Source: a virus
Direction: 5' to 3' (one strand)
Length of the DNA: 64,000 nucleotides
Virus record (IMG/VR): IMGVR_UViG_3300036832_001488
Location: 1-64,000 of that record
This document shows, in pieces, positions 37,277 to 46,531 of this stretch. The translations under genes were made by a program, and so were the position numbers. Within the stretch, counting starts at the first letter, position 1, and every line of letters starts with the position of its first letter. A model generated the notes under the pieces. That model was given only the letters and a program-made list of their open reading frames with translations. It was not told the origin of the DNA and made no database searches.

Positions 37277-37715
37277 TGGTCAGCCGACTTTTATCGACGA
37301 CGAAGATTTCGAAAAACTTAGTCAGCACAAATGGTACTTACACCCCCATGGGTACGCATATCGAGGGTTATGTAAGGGCCATAAAGTGCAGCAGGTGCTG
37401 ATGCATACAGACATTCTTGGTAAAGCCCCTGCCGGATTTTTTACTGATCACAAAAGTGGGAACAAACTCGATAATCAACGAGGGAACTTGCGTTTCGTAA
37501 ATCGGTCGGTCAATCGACGCAATACTCAGAAAACTAAGGGCGTCTATTGGCATAAGAGAATGCAGAAATGGCACGTCTCTATTTCCTGCGAGAATAAACT
37601 GATCGCCTGCGGTTACTTCGACAGTGAAGAAGAAGCACGAAGTGTGGCAGCTCTTCTCAAAGGGGCAATGATCTACCACGAATTAACGAAAGGACAAGAG
37701 AGTGGCCTCAGATAA
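37254..37715 (+). CDS. HNH + AP2 endonuclease
   Basis: IDDEDF..W..GYA..MH..DH..GNKLDN.R.NLR..N..N; KGVYW..KW...I..GYF..EEEA. Confidence 0.9.
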   Translation: MKQLLLHSGQPTFIDDEDFEKLSQHKWYLHPHGYAYRGLCKGHKVQQVLMHTDILGKAPAGFFTDHKSGNKLDNQRGNLRFVNRSVNRRNTQKTKGVYWHKRMQKWHVSISCENKLIACGYFDSEEEARSVAALLKGAMIYHELTKGQESGLR

Positions 37716-40179
37716 CGTCACTGATTCATTTGGCGGTGAGCAACTCGGCAGATTTAATACCGTTCGCTTTGCAGAGGACTCCACGCGTGTCGTAAATAAA
37801 CCGATCTCGACCGCTCAGCAAGCCTTCGAGGTCTTCCAGCGCTTGCAACGCGACAATCAGGCGCGGGCCAATCGCAACAAGCTTATCAGTGACTCCTACA
37901 ACGGAGGCAGTCCTTTTGATCAGAAAAAGCTGGACTCCAATGCACAAGGCTGGCGAGCTAATTTTTCCACCCTGGTACTGGCGACATTCGTGGACCGTGT
38001 CACGCCACGGCTCACCGATGCTGTGCATGGTATGAAATACCTGACCGCGAGTGAATTGCCCGACTCCTTCATCAATGCGACCAACAAAACAGAGAAATTC
38101 AGGGAACGGACGACCGAACAGCTCAGGAGCTGGAACGGGTGGGTGGATTACGTTGAACAGATAGCGACCGAGAATGTGCTCTACGGTTACACCGCAGGCA
38201 TTCAGATGGACGAATTCGAGTGGAGGCCGCAGACTTTCAGACAAGAGGATACGCTCTTCGATGAGCAAGCGCCGCAGCTCGCGGAAAAGCTGCCGGTCGT
38301 GGTCATTAAAGCTAATTATTACATCCACGAGGCGTGTGCGATAATCGAGGACCCCGATGCGGCTGAGAAAGCCGGATACCACGTCCAGAATATTAAGGCC
38401 GCTGTGGAGAAAGCGGCCCCACCGTACGATTCGTTTGTCTACAACCCCCGGCAGCTCTCCGATATGGTCCGTGAAGGAAATTTGTATTACTCCTTTCACC
38501 GATCATCCAAGATGATCGAAACGGCACACGTTTTCGTTAAGTGTTATGATAATACGGTCGATCATTGGTGGGTTAATCGCAATGGCAGTAAGCGCTCCAA
38601 CTCTAACCGTAGTCGGCCCATGGAAAAGAGTCCATCGCAGACTGCGGAGCCGGTGCCGGGTGAGCCCAGGCCGATGGAGCAGGACCCTTATGAGCTAGGC
38701 TATTTCGAGCGAGTAGCCGAGGCCATGGACGATGTAATTACCTTGTTCAGCTTCCAGGCGGGCAACTGTCGGCTGTTCGGATCAAAGGGGATCGGACGCC
38801 TGCTCTATAACATAAGTTTAGCAATGGAGAAGGCCCGCATGTGCTTTATCGATGCGATGTACATCTCCGGCCTGTTGGTAGGGCAGGCCGAGGAATCGAT
38901 TATCGGGCGTCTGCAGCCAACCGTGCGTTCCCCCTTCATGGTAATACCGGAAGGGTTTACGCTGCTGATGCAGCAGTTCAAAGTCGATATCAATAATTGG
39001 TTAGGCTTAGATCAAAAACTATCTAACACGGCTGAAATCATTGCCGGAGCTTTCCTGCCGGATCAACAGCAGATCTCTAACAACGGCCAGCAGATCCAGA
39101 CTGCGACCAAGGAGTCAATTGACACGGTAAAGGAGGAAGAGGTTAAGGCGGGGATGATGAACAGATGGTGGGTCCAGTTCACGCGCGGCATCTCTTCCAT
39201 GCAGCGCCGGATCTATTCCAAGGTCAACCTGCGCGCCGCCATGAAACAGCGTAAGGCGCGCTTGAAAGCTGCCGATGGCGGCAAGACCATCATCTTTGCC
39301 GACCTCTACGACGCCATGATGGAGGTCGATGACGATACGCAGAAACAGTTTACGCGCGCGCCGGACTTAGGGGATGCCGACCAAGCAAGTGTCGAGACCA
39401 TTATGCGCTTGCTTGATGATGGGCTTTCCATCCAAGAGATCATTATCCTGGCGCACGAACCGGCTACCCAATTCACCCAGCACGCTGGCCGGGACGACGA
39501 CATGATGTTTTTGCAGTTTTACCAACTCGCGAAAGGTAATCCTAACTTTGATCAGTCGAAGTTAGACGAGCAGGCCGCGAACCGGATGGTTGGTTTCCAA
39601 GTCGCCAAAGAACTCTATGTACCGCAACCCGGTCAAACGACGGATATCGAGGCCCAGCGTAACCAGCAAATGGAATGGGCCACCATGCTGGGGTCGGGGA
39701 TTGGCGTTCAGGTCAGCCAACGTGATCCGCACATGCAGCATTTTCAAACCATTGTTCCGGCAGTTGCCGACCACCTCAAAATCGCTTCTCAGATGCCGCC
39801 CGTACAAGTACCCAAAGACCTGCTCAATGCCTGCAAACTGGGCGTCACGCATGCGGAAGCGCATGTCCAGGCCATGCTGCAGGGTGGCTCCAACGAGCGC
39901 CAGCTCAAGCCCCAGATTCTGCAGCTCAAGGATCTCGAGAAGATGTATGGCGAGTTAAACCAGAAAATCCAGCAGGCTGAAATGATGGCGGCACAGATGC
40001 AGGCGATGGCGCAACAAAACGCCGGAGTGGCCGGAATGGGAGGGCCCCCACAACAGCCGCCAATGGGTCCTAGCGGGCCGATGGGCATCCCCATGGGCAA
40101 TAATGCTGCCCATATGGGATTAGGCGTTGGAGGAGGCGCTAATGGAGGCGGACCTATGGCGGCAGGAGGCATGCAATGA
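37702..40179 (+). CDS. portal protein
   Basis: 825 aa helical protein between terL and scaffold; TATKE (TATE-like) motif; Gln/Met/Gly tail. Confidence 0.78.
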   Translation: MASDNVTDSFGGEQLGRFNTVRFAEDSTRVVNKPISTAQQAFEVFQRLQRDNQARANRNKLISDSYNGGSPFDQKKLDSNAQGWRANFSTLVLATFVDRVTPRLTDAVHGMKYLTASELPDSFINATNKTEKFRERTTEQLRSWNGWVDYVEQIATENVLYGYTAGIQMDEFEWRPQTFRQEDTLFDEQAPQLAEKLPVVVIKANYYIHEACAIIEDPDAAEKAGYHVQNIKAAVEKAAPPYDSFVYNPRQLSDMVREGNLYYSFHRSSKMIETAHVFVKCYDNTVDHWWVNRNGSKRSNSNRSRPMEKSPSQTAEPVPGEPRPMEQDPYELGYFERVAEAMDDVITLFSFQAGNCRLFGSKGIGRLLYNISLAMEKARMCFIDAMYISGLLVGQAEESIIGRLQPTVRSPFMVIPEGFTLLMQQFKVDINNWLGLDQKLSNTAEIIAGAFLPDQQQISNNGQQIQTATKESIDTVKEEEVKAGMMNRWWVQFTRGISSMQRRIYSKVNLRAAMKQRKARLKAADGGKTIIFADLYDAMMEVDDDTQKQFTRAPDLGDADQASVETIMRLLDDGLSIQEIIILAHEPATQFTQHAGRDDDMMFLQFYQLAKGNPNFDQSKLDEQAANRMVGFQVAKELYVPQPGQTTDIEAQRNQQMEWATMLGSGIGVQVSQRDPHMQHFQTIVPAVADHLKIASQMPPVQVPKDLLNACKLGVTHAEAHVQAMLQGGSNERQLKPQILQLKDLEKMYGELNQKIQQAEMMAAQMQAMAQQNAGVAGMGGPPQQPPMGPSGPMGIPMGNNAAHMGLGVGGGANGGGPMAAGGMQ

Positions 40180-40439
40180 TGGTCCCCCAGATGTGGACGC
40201 CCAGCGATGCTGCCGCCATTAACGATTTTCTGAATTCAAAACAGGGAATCCGCTGGATAACCGCCCTGATGACGATGAAGCCTAAGATCGACATCGCGAA
40301 AGGGAGCGAGGTGGCAGGCTTAAGCGGGGCTTACGTCGCCGGGTACGAGCATCTCTTAAACGAAGTGATCCCCGCTACCCGCACGGTGAGAACTGAGGAA
40401 ACGGTGAGTTTAAAACCAATCGATATGACGAAAGACTAA
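40176..40439 (+). CDS. hypothetical protein
   Basis: Coupled to portal; FL.S..G motif typical of post-portal small genes. Confidence 0.65.
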   Translation: MMVPQMWTPSDAAAINDFLNSKQGIRWITALMTMKPKIDIAKGSEVAGLSGAYVAGYEHLLNEVIPATRTVRTEETVSLKPIDMTKD

Positions 40440-40443
40440 GACA

Positions 40444-41757
40444 ATGGCTGATGATGTACCTCTGTCTACCACGGTCCCAGAGACTACGACTATCGATCTT
40501 GGGGTCGATAAGGCGCAGGTCGGAGACCTGAATAAATCGTTCGAAGACTTCTGGAAGGACACCGACAAGGGCACCGAGGCTGCGGCACCGGCTAAAGAAG
40601 CTCCTCCAGAGGCTCCTTCAGCGCCGGAAACGCCCAAGGAGGCTCCCAAAGAAACAGAAACGCCGAAGGAGACTGTACCGGCCACAGGAACAGCCCCAGA
40701 ACCGGTGGATATCGATAAGCTCGAACTGACCGCTGGGACTTACACGCCCAGGCCCGAGCATGTTGAGCAATTTAAGAAGATTAAGGACCTCTGGAAAGCC
40801 GACCAGCGCAGGGCCAATGAGGCCGCACAGAAGGCACAGGCCCTAGAGCAGGAGTTAACCCAGGCGCGGCAGAACGCCTGGACGCCAGAGACTCGAGCGG
40901 ATTACGAGCAGGCCGTCCAAGTCCGTCGCCGGTTCGACTTCATGTCTGACCCGGATTTTCTCAAACAGTACCACCATCCGGTCAGGAGCCAGTTTGAGCG
41001 GATTTTAGACGAAGCCGTTCAGGTATTGCCCGACCGGCAGGCCGCGCACAACTGGGCCCAGCACATCAAGCAGAACTATGGACCGGACGCAGTCAACCGG
41101 GACTGGTGGCTCAACAGTGTAGTGGCCAAGGTGCCCAATGAGCTCGACCGAGCAACGCTACTTAATTCTGTTAGCAAGCTCCTGGAATTGCAGCAGAACC
41201 GGGATGGCGAGATCACCCGCCGGACCAATGACAAGGCCAGCTTCGATAACTGGATAAATGAAAAGGCTAATATGACCAGCCAACGGGTCCAGGCCGAACT
41301 CATGGCTGAGATTGGAGAACAGGAAAAGAAGATCTCCCAGGTGATGCCGGTGGATGTCGCCCAAGCTAAGACCACTGAAGAACGCGCCGCCATGGAGGCG
41401 CATAATGCCCGCTTCCAAAGGCTCAACGACTTCTTTGTTTCCCAGGTTAAAGACATTTCCGCGAACGGCCCGCGCGCCTGGGTGCGAGTGGCTGTCGAGG
41501 CGACCCGCTCCCAGATAATGAATGAGCAGATCATTAATCTGGAGAAGGAGCTTAAGGATACAAAAGCAGAGCGCGATCAGCTTAAAGGCGATCTAGAAAA
41601 GATCACGGGAGCCCGCCGGAAGTTAGCGCACACTACCGGTACGCAGCCTTCTATGGAGAGTAAGAAAAACGGCCAGGGCCTTAGCATTAAAGACCTGGGA
41701 GACCCTCGCAAATCCATGCAGTCGATTTGGGACGACATCGATAAAGGCACCCAATAA
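40444..41757 (+). CDS. capsid scaffolding protein
   Basis: Acidic Pro/Glu N-terminus, coiled coils, post-portal position. Confidence 0.7.
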   Translation: MADDVPLSTTVPETTTIDLGVDKAQVGDLNKSFEDFWKDTDKGTEAAAPAKEAPPEAPSAPETPKEAPKETETPKETVPATGTAPEPVDIDKLELTAGTYTPRPEHVEQFKKIKDLWKADQRRANEAAQKAQALEQELTQARQNAWTPETRADYEQAVQVRRRFDFMSDPDFLKQYHHPVRSQFERILDEAVQVLPDRQAAHNWAQHIKQNYGPDAVNRDWWLNSVVAKVPNELDRATLLNSVSKLLELQQNRDGEITRRTNDKASFDNWINEKANMTSQRVQAELMAEIGEQEKKISQVMPVDVAQAKTTEERAAMEAHNARFQRLNDFFVSQVKDISANGPRAWVRVAVEATRSQIMNEQIINLEKELKDTKAERDQLKGDLEKITGARRKLAHTTGTQPSMESKKNGQGLSIKDLGDPRKSMQSIWDDIDKGTQ

Positions 41758-41759
41758 TT

Positions 41760-43166
41760 ATGGCAATCAAAACTGATGCGGCGGCGCTGGAAGCTAAGTA
41801 TGGCGGCAAAAGCGGCGGAGCCCAGCCTCCTCCCACCGCAGAGTTTTATTATCCTGGCAGCGGTAAGCCGCCTCCAGGCACAAGCGGGCCTCACCAGATC
41901 CCGCAAGGAAAGCCGGTCGAGCCCGGCCAATTTATCAGCCAAGTGGTGGGCCGGGGCGAAGCGGTTACTCCACAGATGGCGGTTGTTCCGCCTCAGGCCC
42001 ATGTCCCTAACCAGCCCCAGATGGCGGTGATGCCGCCCCAGGGCGGTAGTCGCACTTCGATTGGCACCATTGTCGAGCCGACTAAATCCAATCCCTTGGA
42101 TCAGGCTCAGCAAGCCCCACCGCAACCACCTGCGGTAGCGCCGGAAGACAATCATGAACTCAAGAACTCTGAGCCTAAGCCCGAGCGCAAGCTGGATCTG
42201 GCCAAGCTGATCTGCGATCACGTCTGGGAGATGGGCGGTGAGAAGAGTGAGGAGGCCCAGAAGTTCTACGAACGCAGCGGTGCGACCCTCAAGAACTGGA
42301 TGGCGAATCCGGGCAACATCCCGCTCGCTGCCGTCCTCAAGTTCATGCACCGCACTCCTGGCATTAAAGACATGATCCTTGAGGAGTTAGAGCCCCATTT
42401 TGAGGCCAATGGCCAGGAAGGCTGGGTGACCAGCGCCCCTAACCGCACGAAGACCAACGTGATGATCTGCTCTGCGGTCCTAGACCGGCCTACGCTCCCC
42501 TTTACGACTGTTCTTGGCTATCTCACAAAGAAGTACGAGCTGGGTTTCACATTCCAGGCCGACACGATGATTCACCGGTCGCGGAACATGCTCGCAAAAC
42601 GTTTTTTAGAATCGGGTTGCCTATGGAGTCTCTGGCTAGACGCGGATATGGCTCCCCCAATCGCTAATCCTGATTGGTATCGGTACATAACTAACTGCAC
42701 GAATGTTCCCCAGGAGTATTGCAGTTACGATGTCCTGGCGCGGATGCTGGGCCAATCCAAAGCCATGATTGGCGGAGTTTACGCCAGCCGCAAATGGCAC
42801 GGCTCCCTGGTAATCCAGCCTGAAATCAACCCGCGCAGTCACGAAGATAAACTCTTGTGTAACGAGATCCGGCGCGGCACGGCGCGAGGCTTAAGTGAAG
42901 TTGATTGGATAGGATTTGGATGCGCGCTGGTTCATCGGGAAGTGTTCCTCGAAGTGCAGCGTAACTTTCCGCAGCTGGCTCCGCAAACCGAGATAGGCGC
43001 ATGGCGCTTCTTTCAACCAGAGGGAGACCTCGGTGAAGACGAAGCATTCTGTCAGCGGGTTAAGGCCTGCAATATCCCGATCTGGTTAGACACCCAGCTC
43101 ATTTGCGGGCACATCGGTTCTATGGCGTTTCTCCCCGAACATTCAGTCGGAGCTTCTGCTATTTGA
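41760..43166 (+). CDS. GT-A fold glycosyltransferase with Pro/Gln-rich N-terminus
   Basis: IHRSRN.LA..FL..LWLDADM..IGGVY..GFGC.LVHR.VF..GED..FC.R....IW.D....CGHIG. Confidence 0.85.
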   Translation: MAIKTDAAALEAKYGGKSGGAQPPPTAEFYYPGSGKPPPGTSGPHQIPQGKPVEPGQFISQVVGRGEAVTPQMAVVPPQAHVPNQPQMAVMPPQGGSRTSIGTIVEPTKSNPLDQAQQAPPQPPAVAPEDNHELKNSEPKPERKLDLAKLICDHVWEMGGEKSEEAQKFYERSGATLKNWMANPGNIPLAAVLKFMHRTPGIKDMILEELEPHFEANGQEGWVTSAPNRTKTNVMICSAVLDRPTLPFTTVLGYLTKKYELGFTFQADTMIHRSRNMLAKRFLESGCLWSLWLDADMAPPIANPDWYRYITNCTNVPQEYCSYDVLARMLGQSKAMIGGVYASRKWHGSLVIQPEINPRSHEDKLLCNEIRRGTARGLSEVDWIGFGCALVHREVFLEVQRNFPQLAPQTEIGAWRFFQPEGDLGEDEAFCQRVKACNIPIWLDTQLICGHIGSMAFLPEHSVGASAI

Positions 43167-43168
43167 AT

Positions 43169-43642
43169 ATGGCCGGACGAGTTAAAGCCGACGCAGTGAC
43201 ACGTTTCGAAGAGAAGTTTCAACGTGGAGCACCAAACGAATGCTGGATATGGTCAGCTGGACGCGCCGGACCTAAGTGGAACCAGTACGGGCACTTCAAA
43301 GCAGAGGGCCAAATAAAGGCTCATCGATTCTCTTATCAGCTCTATGTGGGTCCAATTCCAGAAGAGACCTGTGTCTGCCACCGATGCGATAATCCGCTTT
43401 GTGTAAGTCCCGCCCATCTTTTTCTTGGGACCTATCTGGACAACAACAGGGATGCGATAGCCAAAGGCCGTCATTCTTTTAACACTCGGTTCCAACCGAC
43501 TATCAGCACTGAAGTGGTCACTGAGGTCAGAAAGCTTTATGAACCGGGCAAAGTCGGCTACCTGAAACTCGCAAAGCGATTCGGCATTTCTCACAGTCAC
43601 GTCCGCCAACTCATTAAAAGGACCAGACGCCTTGAAGCTTGA
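43169..43642 (+). CDS. HNH homing endonuclease with C-terminal HTH
   Basis: CWIW..YG..AHRFSY..VCHRCDNP.CV.P.HLFLGT..DN..D...KGR. Confidence 0.92.
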   Translation: MAGRVKADAVTRFEEKFQRGAPNECWIWSAGRAGPKWNQYGHFKAEGQIKAHRFSYQLYVGPIPEETCVCHRCDNPLCVSPAHLFLGTYLDNNRDAIAKGRHSFNTRFQPTISTEVVTEVRKLYEPGKVGYLKLAKRFGISHSHVRQLIKRTRRLEA

Positions 43643-44924
43643 TGTTTTCTACGTGACCTATCGGAAGGATCTTTGCTGGATCGTCTATTCGGCCCAGCTC
43701 CTCTTTAAATACCTGAAAACTGATTTCAGGCTCCACATCGTAGCGGAGCCCGACTGCGAAGAGATCTGTTCGACCTGGGGCCTGCCCTCGACGACCTATC
43801 ATTACGTGACTCCCTGGCGGGATGGCTACGCCTTCGCCATGTATCAGAAGTCGATTGCGGACACTTACTCTGATGCCGACTACATCATGGTACTGGACTC
43901 AGACCACATGCTGACGCGTCCGGTCCAGCTCGAAACCTTCATGGACGGCCCCAAACCGATTATCCGCTACAGAGACTGGGATGAAGACCCCAATGACTAC
44001 AATTTAGTCGAAGGTAAGAAGCAATGGGGGCCTCCAACCGAGCGCACGCTGGGAATTCCGCTGGACCGGGATTATATGCGCGGACCTCCCTTCATCTTCG
44101 CGCGTAAGACTTTCGCGCGGGTGCGGGAGCGGGTTGAAGATGTGACCGGGTTGCCATTCCATGATGCCGTCTACTCGGATAGACCCTACGATTATCGGAG
44201 CTTCCTCCACCATCCCAAAGTCTACTGCGATTATGAGGCGCTGGGGCTCTATGCGGCCAAGTTCGAATCTCACAGTTACACCTTAGTGCATCAGCCACCC
44301 GATGAGAACTGGCCATTCCGGGTCTACTGGAGTCACGGCGATTGGTCTCAAGGAACGCGGGACCAATTGGAGGCTTTATTGCACCGGCCAGAGCCATTTA
44401 ATGGTGATATCTATGTCCAGACTCGAGTGGCCAGCCTTGTCAGTAAGCACGCGATCTCGACCATTGTAGAGACCGGCACCTGCCGGGGCGACAGTACCAA
44501 GGTGATGTCCCAGATGGCTCCCGTGGTCACGATGGAGCTTGATCCTGAGTCCTACAAGGCCACTAAAGACATGCCCAATGTGACGCGGCTGCAGGGCGAT
44601 TCGGCCCAGCTCTTACCGAAGCTTTTACCGGGAATCGCGGAGCCGATCCTCTTCTATCTGGATGCCCATTGGGGCTCCCACAGCCCGCTCTTAGAAGAGC
44701 TGCAGGCTATCCGCAAATGCCAGAAGCCTCCAGTCATCGTCATTCACGATTTCCAGAACCCTTACCGGGACGACTTGGGATACGACACCTGGGACATCGG
44801 CCCCTACACCATGGAGCTGATTGAACCAGTACTGGAGCAGATCTACCCAGGCGGCTATCTGCACCATCACAACATCGAAGCCTGCGGCCAGAGACGAGGA
44901 GTCGTCTACATCGAACCATGTTAG
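43632..44924 (+). CDS. glycosyltransferase-like (DUF6492-type) + SAM methyltransferase fusion
   Basis: N: VTY.KD..GY..MYQK..AD.Y.DAD....DSD; C: VETGTC.GDS..E.D..GDS..LFYLDAH...PL.EEL..I.IHD. Confidence 0.8.
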   Translation: MKLDVFYVTYRKDLCWIVYSAQLLFKYLKTDFRLHIVAEPDCEEICSTWGLPSTTYHYVTPWRDGYAFAMYQKSIADTYSDADYIMVLDSDHMLTRPVQLETFMDGPKPIIRYRDWDEDPNDYNLVEGKKQWGPPTERTLGIPLDRDYMRGPPFIFARKTFARVRERVEDVTGLPFHDAVYSDRPYDYRSFLHHPKVYCDYEALGLYAAKFESHSYTLVHQPPDENWPFRVYWSHGDWSQGTRDQLEALLHRPEPFNGDIYVQTRVASLVSKHAISTIVETGTCRGDSTKVMSQMAPVVTMELDPESYKATKDMPNVTRLQGDSAQLLPKLLPGIAEPILFYLDAHWGSHSPLLEELQAIRKCQKPPVIVIHDFQNPYRDDLGYDTWDIGPYTMELIEPVLEQIYPGGYLHHHNIEACGQRRGVVYIEPC

Positions 44925-45121
44925 CCAGCCTTCTTTACCTTGTTATTGCAGCCATTATTCTGGGACTCATTTGGTGGGTCTGCACCCAGCTTCCGTTCAT
45001 GGCCCCATTCGCGCACATCATCCAAGTGTTGTGTGTGGTCGTTTTTGTTATCTACGTCATTTACATTTTAATCGGCTTTATCGGAGGAGGAGGAGGTCAC
45101 CTCGCTGCACCACCTAGATGA
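44918..45121 (+). CDS. small 2-TM membrane protein
   Basis: Two hydrophobic helices linked by LP..APF. Confidence 0.7.
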   Translation: MLASLLYLVIAAIILGLIWWVCTQLPFMAPFAHIIQVLCVVVFVIYVIYILIGFIGGGGGHLAAPPR

Positions 45122-45555
45122 GACGTTTTTGGGATAAGGTTCGCGTTCCAGCTGACATTTCCAAATGTTGGGAGTGGCAGGCAGCAAGCCAGAATGATGG
45201 TTATGGAGTTTTTCAGACCGGAACATTCAGATCGCCTCGCCTAGAGAGAGCGCACAGAGTCGCATTTAGACTAACTTTTGGTGAGCCTCCTTCAGGATTA
45301 TGCGTTCTTCATAGGTGTGATAAGCCTTCCTGTTGCAATCCCAATCATCTGTTCTTGGGAACCAAAGCTGATAATAACGCCGACATGGACAATAAGGGGC
45401 GGCGGAGACACGCCAGCATCCTGACAAGGCAGCAGGTGGAACGGATTCGAAAAGAATACGCTCCCGGTCAGAACGGCTACAAAAAGCTCGCTCGCTGCTA
45501 TGGGTTGACGGAGTTCCATATTCGCAGCCTGATCAAAAGGAGGACCTGGGCGTGA
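45118..45555 (+). CDS. HNH homing endonuclease with C-terminal HTH
   Basis: RFW.KV..CWEW..GYG..AHRV..VLHRCD.P.CCNP.HLFLGT.ADN..DM..KGR. Confidence 0.92.
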   Translation: MRRFWDKVRVPADISKCWEWQAASQNDGYGVFQTGTFRSPRLERAHRVAFRLTFGEPPSGLCVLHRCDKPSCCNPNHLFLGTKADNNADMDNKGRRRHASILTRQQVERIRKEYAPGQNGYKKLARCYGLTEFHIRSLIKRRTWA

Positions 45556-46364
45556 TCTCCTTGACGTTGCAATGTTGTCCCTACGATTTGGATGCAGCGT
45601 TCGAGTTGACGCAACTAATCGTCAAGATCCAGAAGCAGAAGTTGGAGAATGGTGAGTTTTTTCTGATTTATCGCAAGGACTGCCCATCTTGGGTTACAAA
45701 GGAGTTTCAAAAGCTGGCCGGGTCGAGGTTTGCTCGCGCTCTCGCATGTGTGGCGCGCAACCATGACACCGGCTGGCCGTAGCTGGGCGGCTCCAACATG
45801 CTCGCGGCCAGCGCCTTTATCGAGATGGAGATCCTGCGGCGGGCCGATATCGCCAAAAACGAGGCTTTTCTGCTCTTTGAGCCTGATTGTATTCCCTTAT
45901 CCAGCGACTGGATCGCACAGCTCTCGAGCGAATGGGAGTACGCCAAAGCCCTAGGCAAAGAGGCGACCGGCCACTGGCACCAGCAAGGGGATGAGTCGAC
46001 CCTGCACATGAACGGTAACGCGATCTTCCGGTTCGACTACTTCGAGCGCCACCCGACCACCATTGTCGGCTGCGGTACCCAAGGCTGGGACTACTGGTTC
46101 CGCGACCGGATTATCCCGATCTCCTGCGACACCTATGCGATCTTCCAGCTTTATCAGCGCCAATCGATCTCTTTAGAGGAACTGTCCACCATCACCAAGC
46201 ACGGGCGGCGACCGGCCCTCCTTCACGGGATCAAAGATTCCAGTGGCCGCAGAGCCGCCGAGGCGCTGATTTCCGGTGTGCAAGTGCCTCTAAATCAGCA
46301 AAATCCTTTAGAAATTCTTAAGGACGAGAACAAAGTGCTTGCGCTGGGAGCGGCTGAGGAGTAA
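45552..46364 (+). pseudogene. glycosyltransferase-like gene interrupted by an in-frame TAG at 45780
   Basis: HDTGWP*LGGSNML in one frame; downstream EPDCIPL..W..H.NGNA..WD..L.HG.KD. Confidence 0.6.
46281..46323 (+). repeat. 43-44 bp dispersed motif, copy 4 (inside CDS)
   Basis: CAAGTGCCTCTAAATCAGCAAAATCCTTTAGAAATTCTTAAGG; followed by TTGCGC-N17-TAAGCC upstream of capsid gene. Confidence 0.75.
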
Positions 46365-46531
46365 GCCAAAAACTGCAGTTCGGCAGAGTCTGCTCTCTTT
46401 CTTCTGCCAAGGCCTGTCACCGGGGCCTCTAGAGTTGTTCGGGGTGCGCTGGGATCAAGCTGGCTGGGTAAGCCAGGAAACCGCACCCCAATTCTGCCTT
46501 TCAATAGGCAATATCTCTAGATCATAACGTT

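Noticed and set aside
37726-42350. Long antisense ORFs (37726-38499, 41577-42350 and similar)
   Set aside because: Shadow frames of GC-rich genes with no recognisable motifs.
36189-45555. Group I introns or inteins around HNH genes
   Set aside because: The HNH ORFs abut or overlap complete neighbours with no room for a ribozyme core; no Hint motifs were seen in terL, portal or helicase.
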